Shown: positions 48,154 to 57,585 of the stretch, piece after piece
How positions within the stretch are numbered: position 1 is the first letter of the stretch
Layout: every line of letters begins with the position of its first letter
NCBI GenBank assembly: GCA_964412775.1
Contig: CAYPPX010000001.1
Location: 141,473-205,472 of the forward strand
Length of the DNA: 64,000 nt
Direction of reading: 5' to 3'
DNA from: an uncultured Pseudomonadales bacterium
GTDB taxonomy: Bacteria; Patescibacteriota; Microgenomatia; UBA1400; PJMF01
The notes under the pieces: model-generated
The model's database searches: none
What the model was told of the DNA's origin: nothing
Seen by the model: the letters and a program-made list of their open reading frames with translations, nothing else
Position numbers and translations under genes: made by a program

Positions 48154-49763
48154 TTTAGTAGTTCTTCATAGGTGTAATTGTAGTTGAATTGTTGCTTGTT
48201 TTTGATGATCTGGAATTTCCAAACTGTGAAATTAGCTGATTCGAATATTTTTGTATATTCTTTTTCCAAATATTCTCTGGCTTTAATAAATGGGTTTAGA
48301 CATGAAGAGTTAATTATGTTTACAGAGTTATCCATTCTATGATCACAGATAAAGTAAAAAACATCTGCATCTCTGGTTAGTTGAGCAATATTTAGTCCGT
48401 AGTTAACAGTTCTAACCAATTTTGTTTGGGTTAATTTTTCTAGCTGGTATAAAAAGCCAGTCGTTCCCCATTCATCGTATGGTAAGGTGTGATTAACTTC
48501 CAAGGCCGCTAAGACAAATTTTGGGGTTAGATGTTTTTTATCTAAGTAATAGTCCTGATAGATGACTTCAGCAATAGCTTTTTTTTGTTCATAGAAAGAT
48601 ATGTTCGGATGGGTTACTACCAAGTAGTAGGAATTTTGGTACTGATCGATAAAAATAGTTGTTAGTAGTAATAAACCAATTATTTTAGTAAATTTATTGA
48701 TTTTAAAAAGTTGATAAATTCCTATCGACATCGTAATTAGAAAAAATGGCAAGGTTGAGAGTAAGTAGGTTCTAGCTATATAGCCATTAGATAAAAACAT
48801 AAAAAAGGCTGAACCAGCTAAGATTAGAACAATTTTTGTTTTGTTTTTGAGATCTTGATCTTTTTTTATTAGTAGGCCAAGAAGAGTTAAACCAAATATT
48901 ACAATTTCTGAAAAAATAAAACTTTTACTCGGGTAGGTAGTCCAGACAATACTGTTGATGGTGTTTTTAATTTTATCAATCAAAAGCACAGGTTCTTTTT
49001 CGGTAAAGTTAATAATAAAAAATAAAATCTGATCAAATGGATAATATTTATAAGTTGAAAATATCCATAGCAAAAAGATTAGTAGAGCACTAGCCAGGGG
49101 GACAAAAATATTTTTTGGGGAAGGGTCAAGGTCTATGAGTTTGAACCAAAATTTTGCAAGTAAAAATATGCCGACTGGCATGATTAAAAATACCCCATAG
49201 TGGAAATGTAGACCAATAAATAAGAAAAATGCCGCTGCCGATAGGTAAAAGTAATGAGGTTGTTTTTTAGTTTTTAAAATCATTAATAAAAAAAGCGATG
49301 ACAAAACTGGTAGAAAAAAGGGTTGAAGTAGTTGTCTGCTTTGATAAATTAGTTCGCCATTTATGGCAAAAAATAAAGCTACGATTAACCCAAGTTTGCT
49401 ATCTTTTAGTTCTTTGCCGATTAAGTACCCGATAAGTGGAAATAGGCTAAAGAAAAAAGCCCAAACTTTCATAAAAACTACTGGATCTTTGGTGAACAGC
49501 CAAATAATTGCAACGACATAGTAGTAGAAGGGAGAGTTCATTATCCAATTAAATCCACCGGCTGCAAAAGGACCTCTTTTAATCGTTTCCCCGTAATTTA
49601 CTAGGTGTTCAGCCACTAACATGTCTCGGCTTTCGTCATTACCGATTTGTTCCCAGACCATGTTTTCTATGTTTTTAAATCTAAAAAAGAAACTTATTAC
49701 AATGGTAGCTCCAAGAATAAGATGATAAATATTTATTTTTTTTAGGATTTTTACTAATTTCAT
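48150..49763 (-). CDS. GT-C-fold membrane glycosyltransferase candidate (ArnT/PMT-like)
   Basis: 537 aa with about 12 TM helices and an acidic first-loop segment (GNDESRD). Convergent with the FNR gene, with a 4-nt overlap of stops. Confidence 0.45.
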   Translation of the reverse strand: MKLVKILKKINIYHLILGATIVISFFFRFKNIENMVWEQIGNDESRDMLVAEHLVNYGETIKRGPFAAGGFNWIMNSPFYYYVVAIIWLFTKDPVVFMKVWAFFFSLFPLIGYLIGKELKDSKLGLIVALFFAINGELIYQSRQLLQPFFLPVLSSLFLLMILKTKKQPHYFYLSAAAFFLFIGLHFHYGVFLIMPVGIFLLAKFWFKLIDLDPSPKNIFVPLASALLIFLLWIFSTYKYYPFDQILFFIINFTEKEPVLLIDKIKNTINSIVWTTYPSKSFIFSEIVIFGLTLLGLLIKKDQDLKNKTKIVLILAGSAFFMFLSNGYIARTYLLSTLPFFLITMSIGIYQLFKINKFTKIIGLLLLTTIFIDQYQNSYYLVVTHPNISFYEQKKAIAEVIYQDYYLDKKHLTPKFVLAALEVNHTLPYDEWGTTGFLYQLEKLTQTKLVRTVNYGLNIAQLTRDADVFYFICDHRMDNSVNIINSSCLNPFIKAREYLEKEYTKIFESANFTVWKFQIIKNKQQFNYNYTYEELLN

Positions 49764-49861
49764 TATTGAATTCAGCTCTAAAATACTACATGATGTCTTT
49801 AGATCATTTTAATCTAAATGATCTTTATAAAGTAGTTTAATCGAAATAATAGAAAGCGACT

Positions 49862-50137
49862 ATGACAGATGCACAGCCAGATGCCAAAGGCAATTTAACT
49901 AAAAAAGTAGGTAAATATACTGTCAAAGTGATTAGAGAAAAATGTATCAGTGCTGCTACTTGTGTGGCGATTGCTCCTGGTGTTTTTGAACTAGACGAAG
50001 AGCAAATTGCTAAAGTTATTTCTCAAGATGGTAATGACGATGACACCAAACTACTAGCAGCTCAGAGTTGTCCTACTGCTGCAGTGATAGTGACAGACAA
50101 TGAAACTGGTAAACAAGTTTGGCCCATAGTTTCCTAA
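49862..50137 (+). CDS. small single-cluster ferredoxin
   Basis: CISAATC...CP cysteine pattern in 91 aa. Confidence 0.6.
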   Translation: MTDAQPDAKGNLTKKVGKYTVKVIREKCISAATCVAIAPGVFELDEEQIAKVISQDGNDDDTKLLAAQSCPTAAVIVTDNETGKQVWPIVS

Positions 50138-50297
50138 TAAATGGTATTGACGCTAGACTTTTCTCATGGAAAATACTAATCTAGTATTTCAAAGACATCT
50201 TTTGATGCCTTTTATTATAAAAAAACCTGCCTCTCAACCGACAAATTATTGTGTTTGTTGAGCTTTAACAACAAATTTTAGCCTGGGAGGGGCTGAT

Positions 50298-50801
50298 ATG
50301 AAGAAATTTTACCCTTATGTGTTTCCTGCTGTAGCTCTGTTATTTGTTTTGTTTTTATTATTCCGTTGGTACAACCTCAAAACTCAACGTGAGGGTTTAA
50401 CTTCATTACTAAGTGATGGAGTTAAGATTGAAAACTTAGATCCAAGTGACGCTTCCAATTTACTGAAAGGTGCTAGTGACTATAAGACTGCTGACTTAGC
50501 TGGTGAAGGTACTAATATGGGTGAAATCCGTTACGAGGTTAAAGATGGCAAAATGTTGTTTACTGTGAGTGCTGTGTTACCAAAACTTGATGAAGGTTAC
50601 TACCAAGTTTGGTTGAAAGAAGTTACAAGTGAAGGTAAGAGAAAAGCTTTAGTTTTGGAATATCTTAAAGGTGGCTATGTTGGTTCAGCCTCGATTAATG
50701 CTGACACTCTACCATTTGAGGTTTTAGTCACTAAAGAGCTTACTAGTGATGATTCACTAGAGGAGATTGTTTTAAAAGGGATGGTTGAAGAGCAGGACTA
50801 A
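50298..50801 (+). CDS. hypothetical secreted/membrane-anchored protein
   Basis: N-terminal hydrophobic helix. No motif. Confidence 0.4.
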   Translation: MKKFYPYVFPAVALLFVLFLLFRWYNLKTQREGLTSLLSDGVKIENLDPSDASNLLKGASDYKTADLAGEGTNMGEIRYEVKDGKMLFTVSAVLPKLDEGYYQVWLKEVTSEGKRKALVLEYLKGGYVGSASINADTLPFEVLVTKELTSDDSLEEIVLKGMVEEQD

Positions 50802-50898
50802 AACAGAATTGCGTCTTGATAAAGACGTCAAGTATGTTAGGCTTTATTAAGTAGTTACAGACCTCGAGAGTTCTCGGGTCAAAAAAAAGGAGCAAACT

Positions 50899-51102
50899 AT
50901 GGCAAATGCCTACAGTTACACTAACTCCAAGGGTCAAACCTACTACCTCCACACTCGTGAGGTAACCTTGAAGAATGGTCGCGTTCAAAGAATTTATTTC
51001 TTTGCTCGTGATGTTCGCAGTGGTTCTTTGGATGCTGTACCAGCTGGTTACAGTGTTGTCGAAACCAAGAGAACCGGTATGCCAGTCTTGAAAAAGAACT
51101 AG
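50899..51102 (+). CDS. hypothetical small basic protein
   Basis: 67 aa. RBS AAGGAG. Followed by a strong terminator. Confidence 0.4.
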   Translation: MANAYSYTNSKGQTYYLHTREVTLKNGRVQRIYFFARDVRSGSLDAVPAGYSVVETKRTGMPVLKKN

Positions 51103-51122
51103 GCTTATACGTGGTAACTAGG

Positions 51123-51168
51123 CCTTCCCTCGTTGGGAGATATATCTCAACGAGGGAAGGTTTTTTTT
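51123..51168 (+). terminator. rho-independent terminator
   Basis: 13-bp stem CCTTCCCTCGTTG...CAACGAGGGAAGG followed by T8. Confidence 0.85.
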
Positions 51169-51223
51169 GGAGGTTTTTAAACTAGCTTGCTGGATATTTT
51201 GCTTTAACAGGTATAATTCAACT

Positions 51224-51532
51224 ATGGCTTTAACCAAAGAAAAAGTTTTAGAGGCTTTATCGACAGTTTTGGATCCTGAACTGCAGGTTGATATTGTGAG
51301 TTTGGGTTTGATTTATAAAGTTGAGTTGCCAGCAAAAGATAGGGTCAAAATTACTATGACCTTGACTACTCCAGGATGCCCACTAGCACCTATTATTGAT
51401 GATATGGTCAGACAAAGTTTATTTGGTGTATTAAAAGATGTAGAACAGGATTTAGAGGTTGTCTTAACCTTTGATCCACCTTGGGTTCCTGATATGATGT
51501 CAGAAGAAGTTAGACTGGAACTAGGACTATAA
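51224..51532 (+). CDS. DUF59/MIP18-family Fe-S assembly protein (SufT-like)
   Basis: LxxVxDPEL..DIVSLGLIY...TLTTPGCPL conserved-Cys block. -10 TATAAT sits 7 nt upstream. Confidence 0.7.
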   Translation: MALTKEKVLEALSTVLDPELQVDIVSLGLIYKVELPAKDRVKITMTLTTPGCPLAPIIDDMVRQSLFGVLKDVEQDLEVVLTFDPPWVPDMMSEEVRLELGL

Positions 51533-51538
51533 AGGAGC

Positions 51539-51994
51539 TTGATGAAGATTTTTATTGGTGCTGATCATGGTGGGTTTGCTTTAAAAGCAACTTTGATTGA
51601 TTGGTTAAGGAAACAAGATTACCAAGTGGAGGATTGTGGAGCTTTTGTTTTTGACCCTGGTGATGATTATCCAGAAATTGCTTTTACTGTGGCAGAAAAA
51701 ACTGTGGCTGATCCAGGAACGCTGGGTATTTTGCTTTGCAGATCTGGTGGAGGTGTAGCAATTGCTGCTAATAAGGTTAAAGGTGCGCGGGCGGTAGTAA
51801 CTAGTGATGAAGTTTCAGCTAGACATGCCAAAGAACATAATGATGCCCAAATTTTAGTCCTTGGCGCCGACTTTGTTTCTTCTGAGGACAAAGCCAAAAA
51901 AATTATTGAGGTGTTTTTGGCTACTGCTTTTACTCAGGAACCAAGACATCAACGTCGACTTGCTCAAATTCAAAATTACGAAGAAAGAACCTAA
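51539..51994 (+). CDS. rpiB: ribose-5-phosphate isomerase B (RpiB/LacAB family)
   Basis: KIFIGADHGGFALK and LCRSGGGVAIAANK blocks. Confidence 0.85.
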   Translation: MMKIFIGADHGGFALKATLIDWLRKQDYQVEDCGAFVFDPGDDYPEIAFTVAEKTVADPGTLGILLCRSGGGVAIAANKVKGARAVVTSDEVSARHAKEHNDAQILVLGADFVSSEDKAKKIIEVFLATAFTQEPRHQRRLAQIQNYEERT

Positions 51995-51997
51995 ATT

Positions 51998-52675
51998 ATG
52001 AAGATTTATCCATCTATATTAACTGATTCTATTGAAGAAGTTCAGCACCAAGTAGACATAGCTAAGCAATGTTCAGAAACCGAAGTTTTACAAATTGATA
52101 TTGTTGATGGTTTTTTTGCTGATAACTTAACAGTTTCTCCTCAGAATTTATTAGAAATTGATTTTGGTGGTTTAGAAATAGATTTACACTTGATGGTGGA
52201 AGAACCAATGGATATGTTAAATGAAATTGATCCTCTGCTTGATCACTTACCAATTAGAGCAGTGATTGGTCAAATTGAAAAAATGACTTACCAAGATGAC
52301 TTTATCTCAGACCTAAAAAAAATGGGTTTAAAAGCTGGTTTATCACTTGATTTGTATACTCCGGTTGATTCAATTGATAGTCGTGTTTTAGAAAAACTTG
52401 ATGTGTTGCAATTTATGGGCATTGAGGCTGGTTTTCAGGGGCAAAAATTGAATGAAAGTGTTATTGTAAAAATTAAAAACTTTGTAAATGAGTTTTCTTT
52501 GAAAAATCGAGATGGTTTACCAGTCGAAGTAATTTTCGATGGCGGAATTAATCAACAAAACATCAAGCAGTTTTTAGCTTTGGAGATTTCTTCTTTTGCT
52601 ATCGGTAGCACTTTATGGCGGGCTACTGATTTTTGTGAACAATATCAAGCTTATTTGCAGATAGGGAATTCATAA
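51998..52675 (+). CDS. rpe: ribulose-phosphate 3-epimerase (divergent)
   Basis: KIYPSILT...DIVDGFF...HLMV blocks of the Rpe TIM barrel. Confidence 0.65.
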   Translation: MKIYPSILTDSIEEVQHQVDIAKQCSETEVLQIDIVDGFFADNLTVSPQNLLEIDFGGLEIDLHLMVEEPMDMLNEIDPLLDHLPIRAVIGQIEKMTYQDDFISDLKKMGLKAGLSLDLYTPVDSIDSRVLEKLDVLQFMGIEAGFQGQKLNESVIVKIKNFVNEFSLKNRDGLPVEVIFDGGINQQNIKQFLALEISSFAIGSTLWRATDFCEQYQAYLQIGNS

Positions 52676-52696
52676 AAAGTTTGCTACCATGATTTC

Positions 52697-53323
52697 ATGT
52701 CTAAAACCGAAATCATTGTTCCAAGGATAAAAGAATTTTGTACCATTAAACGGGTAGCTATTTTTGGTAGTGCCGATGTGGATGAGAAGCATCCACTTTT
52801 CCAAGAAACTTTCAATATTGCCAGATTTCTGGCTTACAATGGTAAAGCCGTGGTCAATGGTGGTGGTCCTGGGGTAATGTTGGCAGCTACTTTAGGGGCT
52901 GAATCTGTTGGTGGTAAAACAGTGGCAGTGACTTTGAACCCCAAAGACATGCCCGAGTTTGAAGGAGTTGATGGCCAAAACAAAGTCGATAAGGAAATTA
53001 AAGCTACTAACTATATTGAGAGAATGTTTGGCTTGATGGATGAGTCAGATGCTTTTATTTGTGTGCAGGGGGGCACTGGCACCTTGAGTGAATGGGCTAC
53101 TGCCTGGTTATTAGCTCACCTTTACTATGGTAACCACAAACCGCTCATTCTTTATGGTGATTTTTGGCACGAAGTGATGAGAGTGATGGGTGAGTATTTT
53201 TTCATTGGTGAAAAAGAGCATGAAGTTTACAAGATTGCTCGTAATCAGGATGAGTTAATTGTAGCTTTGAATGAATTTGAGGCAGAACTTGCTACACGTT
53301 GTCGGTTGCCTCACAAAGATTAA
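52697..53323 (+). CDS. LOG-family nucleotide 5'-monophosphate nucleosidase (Rossmann, TIGR00730-like)
   Basis: GGGPGVM and QGGTGTLSE motifs. Confidence 0.75.
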   Translation: MSKTEIIVPRIKEFCTIKRVAIFGSADVDEKHPLFQETFNIARFLAYNGKAVVNGGGPGVMLAATLGAESVGGKTVAVTLNPKDMPEFEGVDGQNKVDKEIKATNYIERMFGLMDESDAFICVQGGTGTLSEWATAWLLAHLYYGNHKPLILYGDFWHEVMRVMGEYFFIGEKEHEVYKIARNQDELIVALNEFEAELATRCRLPHKD

Positions 53324-53341
53324 ACAGAGTAAACTAATTTT

Positions 53342-54280
53342 ATGTACGATTTTATTTCTATTGGTTCTACTTTGGTGGACATGTTTATTCATTCTGATGA
53401 GTTTTTGGTTAAAAATTTAAAAGGTGAAAATCAGTTTATTTTGCAGGGTGATAAAGTAGAAATGGATAGTTTCGTGGTCAAAGTTGGTGGTGGGGCTGCC
53501 AATACTTCAGTTGGTTTTTCTCGGTTGGGTTTTAAAACAGCAGTACTTAGTGAGATCGGTAAAGACGATTTTGCAGATGTGGTGACCCACAACTTACAAC
53601 GGGAGAATGTGGATACCCATTTACTAGTTAGAGAAAAGAGAGAAAGAACAGGTGGTTCGGTAATTTTAGTCGATAAAAATGGTCAAAGAACTGCTTTGGT
53701 TCATCGTGGGGCTGCTTCAATGCTTGATCCATTTGACATTCCGACTTTTTGGACAGCCAAAGCTAGGTGGATACATCTTTCTAGTATTGCTGGCCAACTT
53801 GAAACGCTAAAAAAGATTTTTGCATTAGTCAAAGTTAATCCTGATCTAAAATTGTCTTGGAATCCTGGTAAAAGTGAATTGGTTTTGCTTGCTAGTGGCA
53901 AACTTAAAGTCGAGGAGCTTAGTTGTTTAATCATGATTTTAAATGACCAGGAATGGGCAAGTGTGGGTGATCAACAAGCTCAATTAATTGAAGAAATTCC
54001 TCAAATTATTATTACCAAAGGGGCCGAAGGTGGTGAAGTTTACCTAGACGGTAAAAAAGCTCTCAAGTTTTTTGGGGCAACTGGTAAATCCGTCGATGAT
54101 ACTGGCGCTGGTGATGCTTTTTGTACTGGTTATGTGGCCGGTCAATTTCTTAATCTTCACCCACGAACTTCAGTGGAATGGGGGGTGAGAAATGCTGGCT
54201 CAGTAATTAGGTATTTTGGGGCTCAGACTGGGTTATTAGACCGTGATCGGATTAAAGGTCAAGATAAAGCTTTTTTTTAG
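53342..54280 (+). CDS. PfkB-family carbohydrate/nucleoside kinase
   Basis: N-terminal GG motif region and C-terminal DTGAGDAF block. Confidence 0.8.
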   Translation: MYDFISIGSTLVDMFIHSDEFLVKNLKGENQFILQGDKVEMDSFVVKVGGGAANTSVGFSRLGFKTAVLSEIGKDDFADVVTHNLQRENVDTHLLVREKRERTGGSVILVDKNGQRTALVHRGAASMLDPFDIPTFWTAKARWIHLSSIAGQLETLKKIFALVKVNPDLKLSWNPGKSELVLLASGKLKVEELSCLIMILNDQEWASVGDQQAQLIEEIPQIIITKGAEGGEVYLDGKKALKFFGATGKSVDDTGAGDAFCTGYVAGQFLNLHPRTSVEWGVRNAGSVIRYFGAQTGLLDRDRIKGQDKAFF

Positions 54281-54346
54281 GAAATTGATATACAAATGTA
54301 TGGTTGTTTTAGGTGTTTATTTTAAGTTATATTAATAAATTGAAAA

Positions 54347-54958
54347 ATGAAGTTTAAATTTAAACAATTATTGAGTATTGTTTTTATTGCTGGTTTGGTT
54401 TTTATAACCATGGCTAGCTCTGTTGTGGCGGCCACCTTACAACTAAGTACCGTTTCTGGAAAAGCTGTTGGTCAGACAGTCAATATTAATACTACTGATA
54501 CCACCCCAACCTTAGTTGGTGTTGCTTCGCCAGAAGCTACAGTGGATATTTCTCTAGACGATTTAACTGTAGCAGTTTTGGCTGATATAAATGGTGACTG
54601 GACATATACACCTATCACGGCTTTAGATGATGGCACCCATGATTTATCCTTGGCTTCTAATTTGGAAACTTTGAATTATGTCTTGGTGGTTGATACTGGT
54701 ACCAGTGAAAGTACTACTACAACTACCACTACCACCACTGTTGCTGATTTTGTTGGTGTGGGGGGTGCTACTGAAAGTAGTTCTACGACCACGACATTAC
54801 CAGTCTCTGGTGGTTTGACCAACACTTTTTTAATGATGATGGGTGGGTTGTTTTTGATTGGTTTGGGTTTAGTGACCCAACAGTTTTCGCCAGCGATCAA
54901 CGAGATAGAAGAGACCAGCTTTGAACCAGATCCAACAGATCAAGAACAAACTGGTTAG
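54347..54958 (+). CDS. cell-surface protein with Ig-like domain, poly-Thr linker and LPxTG-like (LPVSG) sorting signal
   Basis: Signal peptide and Big-like domain. T9 run encoded by an ACT/ACA/ACC repeat (54712-54741). LPVSG + hydrophobic segment + charged tail. Confidence 0.55.
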   Translation: MKFKFKQLLSIVFIAGLVFITMASSVVAATLQLSTVSGKAVGQTVNINTTDTTPTLVGVASPEATVDISLDDLTVAVLADINGDWTYTPITALDDGTHDLSLASNLETLNYVLVVDTGTSESTTTTTTTTTVADFVGVGGATESSSTTTTLPVSGGLTNTFLMMMGGLFLIGLGLVTQQFSPAINEIEETSFEPDPTDQEQTG

Positions 54959-56039
54959 ACGAGAGAAAATTAGACTGCCCATGACTGATTACAAGCAAGT
55001 TCTTCAGCAAGAAATTCAAAACCTTAGAGATAGGACTAATAAGGCCTCTCTTCCTGAAGAAATGAAGCTCAAAGTCGATAAAGAGATTGTTTCTTTGGAA
55101 CGGAGTGTAGAGCTTGGTAGTTATGATGAAAAATACGAGAAAGTTTCTCGTTATATCAATTGGATTTTGCAAATCCCTTGGACTAAAGAAACCAAAGATA
55201 ATACTGATATTCAAAAAGCCAAAGATGTTTTTAATAAACATCATTATGGTATGCAGGAGGTAAAAGACCGTTTTTTGGAGTATATCTCGGTACTTAATTT
55301 ACGTCAGGAACAGGCTCCAGAAGCAGATTTTAAAGCTCCGATTTTATTACTAGTGGGTTTGGTGGGTACCGGTAAAACAACTTTTGCTTATTCATTGGCA
55401 GAAGCTTTGGATCGCAAACTAGTTCGTATCCCTTTTGGTGGCATGGGTTCAGCTAAAGAATTGCGTGGCAATTCCAGACTTTTACTTGGTTCTGAACCTG
55501 GTAGAGTGATCAAAGGCATCTGTGAAGTAGGAGTAAGAAATCCAGTGATTTTGTTAGATGAAATTGATCGTGGTGCTGACGAGGCTAACATGGATATTAT
55601 GGGTGTCTTGGTAGAGTTATTAGACCCTGCTCAAAATCACTCTTTTACTGATACCTATGTTGATTACCCTGTTAATCTGAGTCATGCTATCTTTTTGGCT
55701 ACAGCCAACAATACCACCAAGATTGCTACAGCTGTGATGGATCGTATGGAAAAAATTACCATGCCTTCATACACCGATACCGAAAAGATCCAGATTGCTC
55801 AACGCTATATTTTGCCCAAACTTTTATCAGATGCTGGTCTCAAGGATGGTCAGTTTATTATTCGTGACGATGTCTGGCAGATGATTACTCGGCCATTGGG
55901 TTATGACATGGGTATCCGTACTTTGCAAAGAACTTTACAGGGAGCGGTGCGTAAAGCTGTCAGAATTATTGTTGAGCGAGGTTTTCAACAAGTGATCATT
56001 ACTAAAGAAAATGCTAAGATATTTATGCCTAGATATTAA
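54921..56039 (+). CDS. Lon-like AAA+ ATPase lacking N-terminal LAN domain and C-terminal S16 peptidase domain
   Basis: Collinear with LonA from the long helix through the AAA+ alpha-lid: HYGMQEVKDRFLEY, GLVGTGKTT, ILLDEIDRG, LDPAQNHSFTD, LATANN. Ends exactly where the protease domain normally begins. Alternative start ATG at 54981. Confidence 0.7.
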   Translation: MNQIQQIKNKLVRREKIRLPMTDYKQVLQQEIQNLRDRTNKASLPEEMKLKVDKEIVSLERSVELGSYDEKYEKVSRYINWILQIPWTKETKDNTDIQKAKDVFNKHHYGMQEVKDRFLEYISVLNLRQEQAPEADFKAPILLLVGLVGTGKTTFAYSLAEALDRKLVRIPFGGMGSAKELRGNSRLLLGSEPGRVIKGICEVGVRNPVILLDEIDRGADEANMDIMGVLVELLDPAQNHSFTDTYVDYPVNLSHAIFLATANNTTKIATAVMDRMEKITMPSYTDTEKIQIAQRYILPKLLSDAGLKDGQFIIRDDVWQMITRPLGYDMGIRTLQRTLQGAVRKAVRIIVERGFQQVIITKENAKIFMPRY

Positions 56040-56048
56040 AGGAAAGAT

Positions 56049-56504
56049 ATGAGAGATCCGAAACTACAACAAATATTTGATAATTTTTTTCAGGAAGTAG
56101 AAAATTACATTTCTAGTAAAACTTTTGTTAAAGAATCAACGGCTAAAACAAATCTAGATTTAAACCTTGATGACCAGCTTTTTGAGCTTGGAAAAATAAT
56201 TAACGAGGTTTCTGAGCATAAGGAAACAAAAGGAAAATCAATTGAAAACTTGATTAGTTTACTAGAAGGTTTAGGGAGTGTTTTAGAGACAAAAGAAACT
56301 GTTAACTTGGAAGAGATTCTTGCTTTAACTGATAGAGAAAGTTATGAGTCTGAGCTTGATTTATATATTGATAAGTTGAATAGCTTGCAGTCTAGTGCAA
56401 AAGTTGCTAGCATGGATACTGCAAGTAGTTCTGATGATAAGAAGGGTGGAATTGCTTACGCTCTGGATTTATTGAAAAAGTATCGAGCTAAAATTAGTAG
56501 TTAG
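56049..56504 (+). CDS. hypothetical protein
   Basis: 151 aa, acidic and helical. No motif. Confidence 0.4.
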   Translation: MRDPKLQQIFDNFFQEVENYISSKTFVKESTAKTNLDLNLDDQLFELGKIINEVSEHKETKGKSIENLISLLEGLGSVLETKETVNLEEILALTDRESYESELDLYIDKLNSLQSSAKVASMDTASSSDDKKGGIAYALDLLKKYRAKISS

Positions 56505-56525
56505 GAAAGTTAAAAAGGAAATCAT

Positions 56526-57170
56526 ATGGTAGACGGACAAAAACCATTTCTTACCAAAGATATTAAAGACCAATATGGCTCTGAGTCGGCCAAGTCTCGC
56601 ATTGATAAAGTAGCTGAGGCTAAATCAGCTGGCAAAGAAAGAAAACAAGCTCGTGATGAAAAAAGAGCTGAAAGTCGTAGAACTTGGTCTGCTCGTTGGG
56701 ATAAGGTTAAGGAGTTTGGTCAAAAAGTTTGGGATAATGTCAAGCAAGTTGGCGAATGGCCAGGACAAATTGTTGATAGTGCTGATCAGCTAAGAACCGA
56801 TGTTGAAGTTGGTTACCAACAATTTAGAGCTGATCTAAGTGAACAGGCTTTCAATATCACTAACCAGGCTGCTGAGGCAGTAGATCAAGCTGTTGGTTTC
56901 GTTGAGAGTCTGCCTGAAAGAGCTAGAGCAAAAGTAGCCGAGCTTAAACTAATGGCTATGAAAGAGGCTGCTTTAGCTGCTAAATCTTTAATTGATTCTA
57001 TTAATTCAGCTATTGAACAAGGTCAAGAAACACCAGGAGAAGCTGTTGTGACCGCCGCTGATAGAGCTAAGGCTAGTGCAGAAGATCATCGAAAAAAATC
57101 TGAAGCTGCTAGAAGTAACGCCCAAGGATTGGGTAAGCTTAGAGGTTGGTTAAGAGATTTCTCTAAATAG
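56526..57170 (+). CDS. hypothetical coiled-coil protein
   Basis: 214 aa, Ala/Lys/Glu-rich, amphipathic. RBS AAAGGAAATCAT. Confidence 0.4.
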   Translation: MVDGQKPFLTKDIKDQYGSESAKSRIDKVAEAKSAGKERKQARDEKRAESRRTWSARWDKVKEFGQKVWDNVKQVGEWPGQIVDSADQLRTDVEVGYQQFRADLSEQAFNITNQAAEAVDQAVGFVESLPERARAKVAELKLMAMKEAALAAKSLIDSINSAIEQGQETPGEAVVTAADRAKASAEDHRKKSEAARSNAQGLGKLRGWLRDFSK

Positions 57171-57209
57171 TTAGTAAGCTAAATGTTAAAAAATTAATAA
57201 AGGAAAAAT

Positions 57210-57521
57210 ATGAGCCCAACCAAAACCCAACTTTTAGAAGAATTAAAGAAACAGGTAGATGAGCAAACTTATCAAGCATTAGTAACAGAGTTTCAAAATT
57301 TACCTGAGCAACTAACAGCTGATGATTTAGCTAAGGTAGATGCTGTTTTAGCAGAATTAGAGGAGACAGAAAAGATTGCTGCTCACACTTATAACAGATT
57401 AGCAGACACTTTAGATAGGACTGCTGATAAGTTAACTGATGCTGCTGATGAGTTTATTGAAAGATCTGCTCAAGCTACTTATGATAATGCTAAGTTAGCT
57501 AAAGACTTGATGTCAGAGTAG
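57210..57521 (+). CDS. hypothetical small acidic helical protein
   Basis: 103 aa. RBS AAGGAAAAATATG. Confidence 0.4.
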   Translation: MSPTKTQLLEELKKQVDEQTYQALVTEFQNLPEQLTADDLAKVDAVLAELEETEKIAAHTYNRLADTLDRTADKLTDAADEFIERSAQATYDNAKLAKDLMSE

Positions 57522-57545
57522 TTTTTACTAAAGGTTAAATAAAAA

Positions 57546-57570
57546 AAGGGAGCCAACTGGCTCCCTTTTG
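57546..57570 (+). terminator. rho-independent terminator
   Basis: GGGAGCC-aact-GGCTCCC followed by T4. Confidence 0.75.
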
Positions 57571-57585
57571 TGTTATTATCACTAT

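Noticed and set aside
54712-54741. Tandem ACT/ACA/ACC repeat as a possible CRISPR or non-coding repeat
   Set aside because: It lies in-frame within a CDS and encodes a poly-Thr linker. There are no spacer-repeat units anywhere in the window, so there is no CRISPR array.
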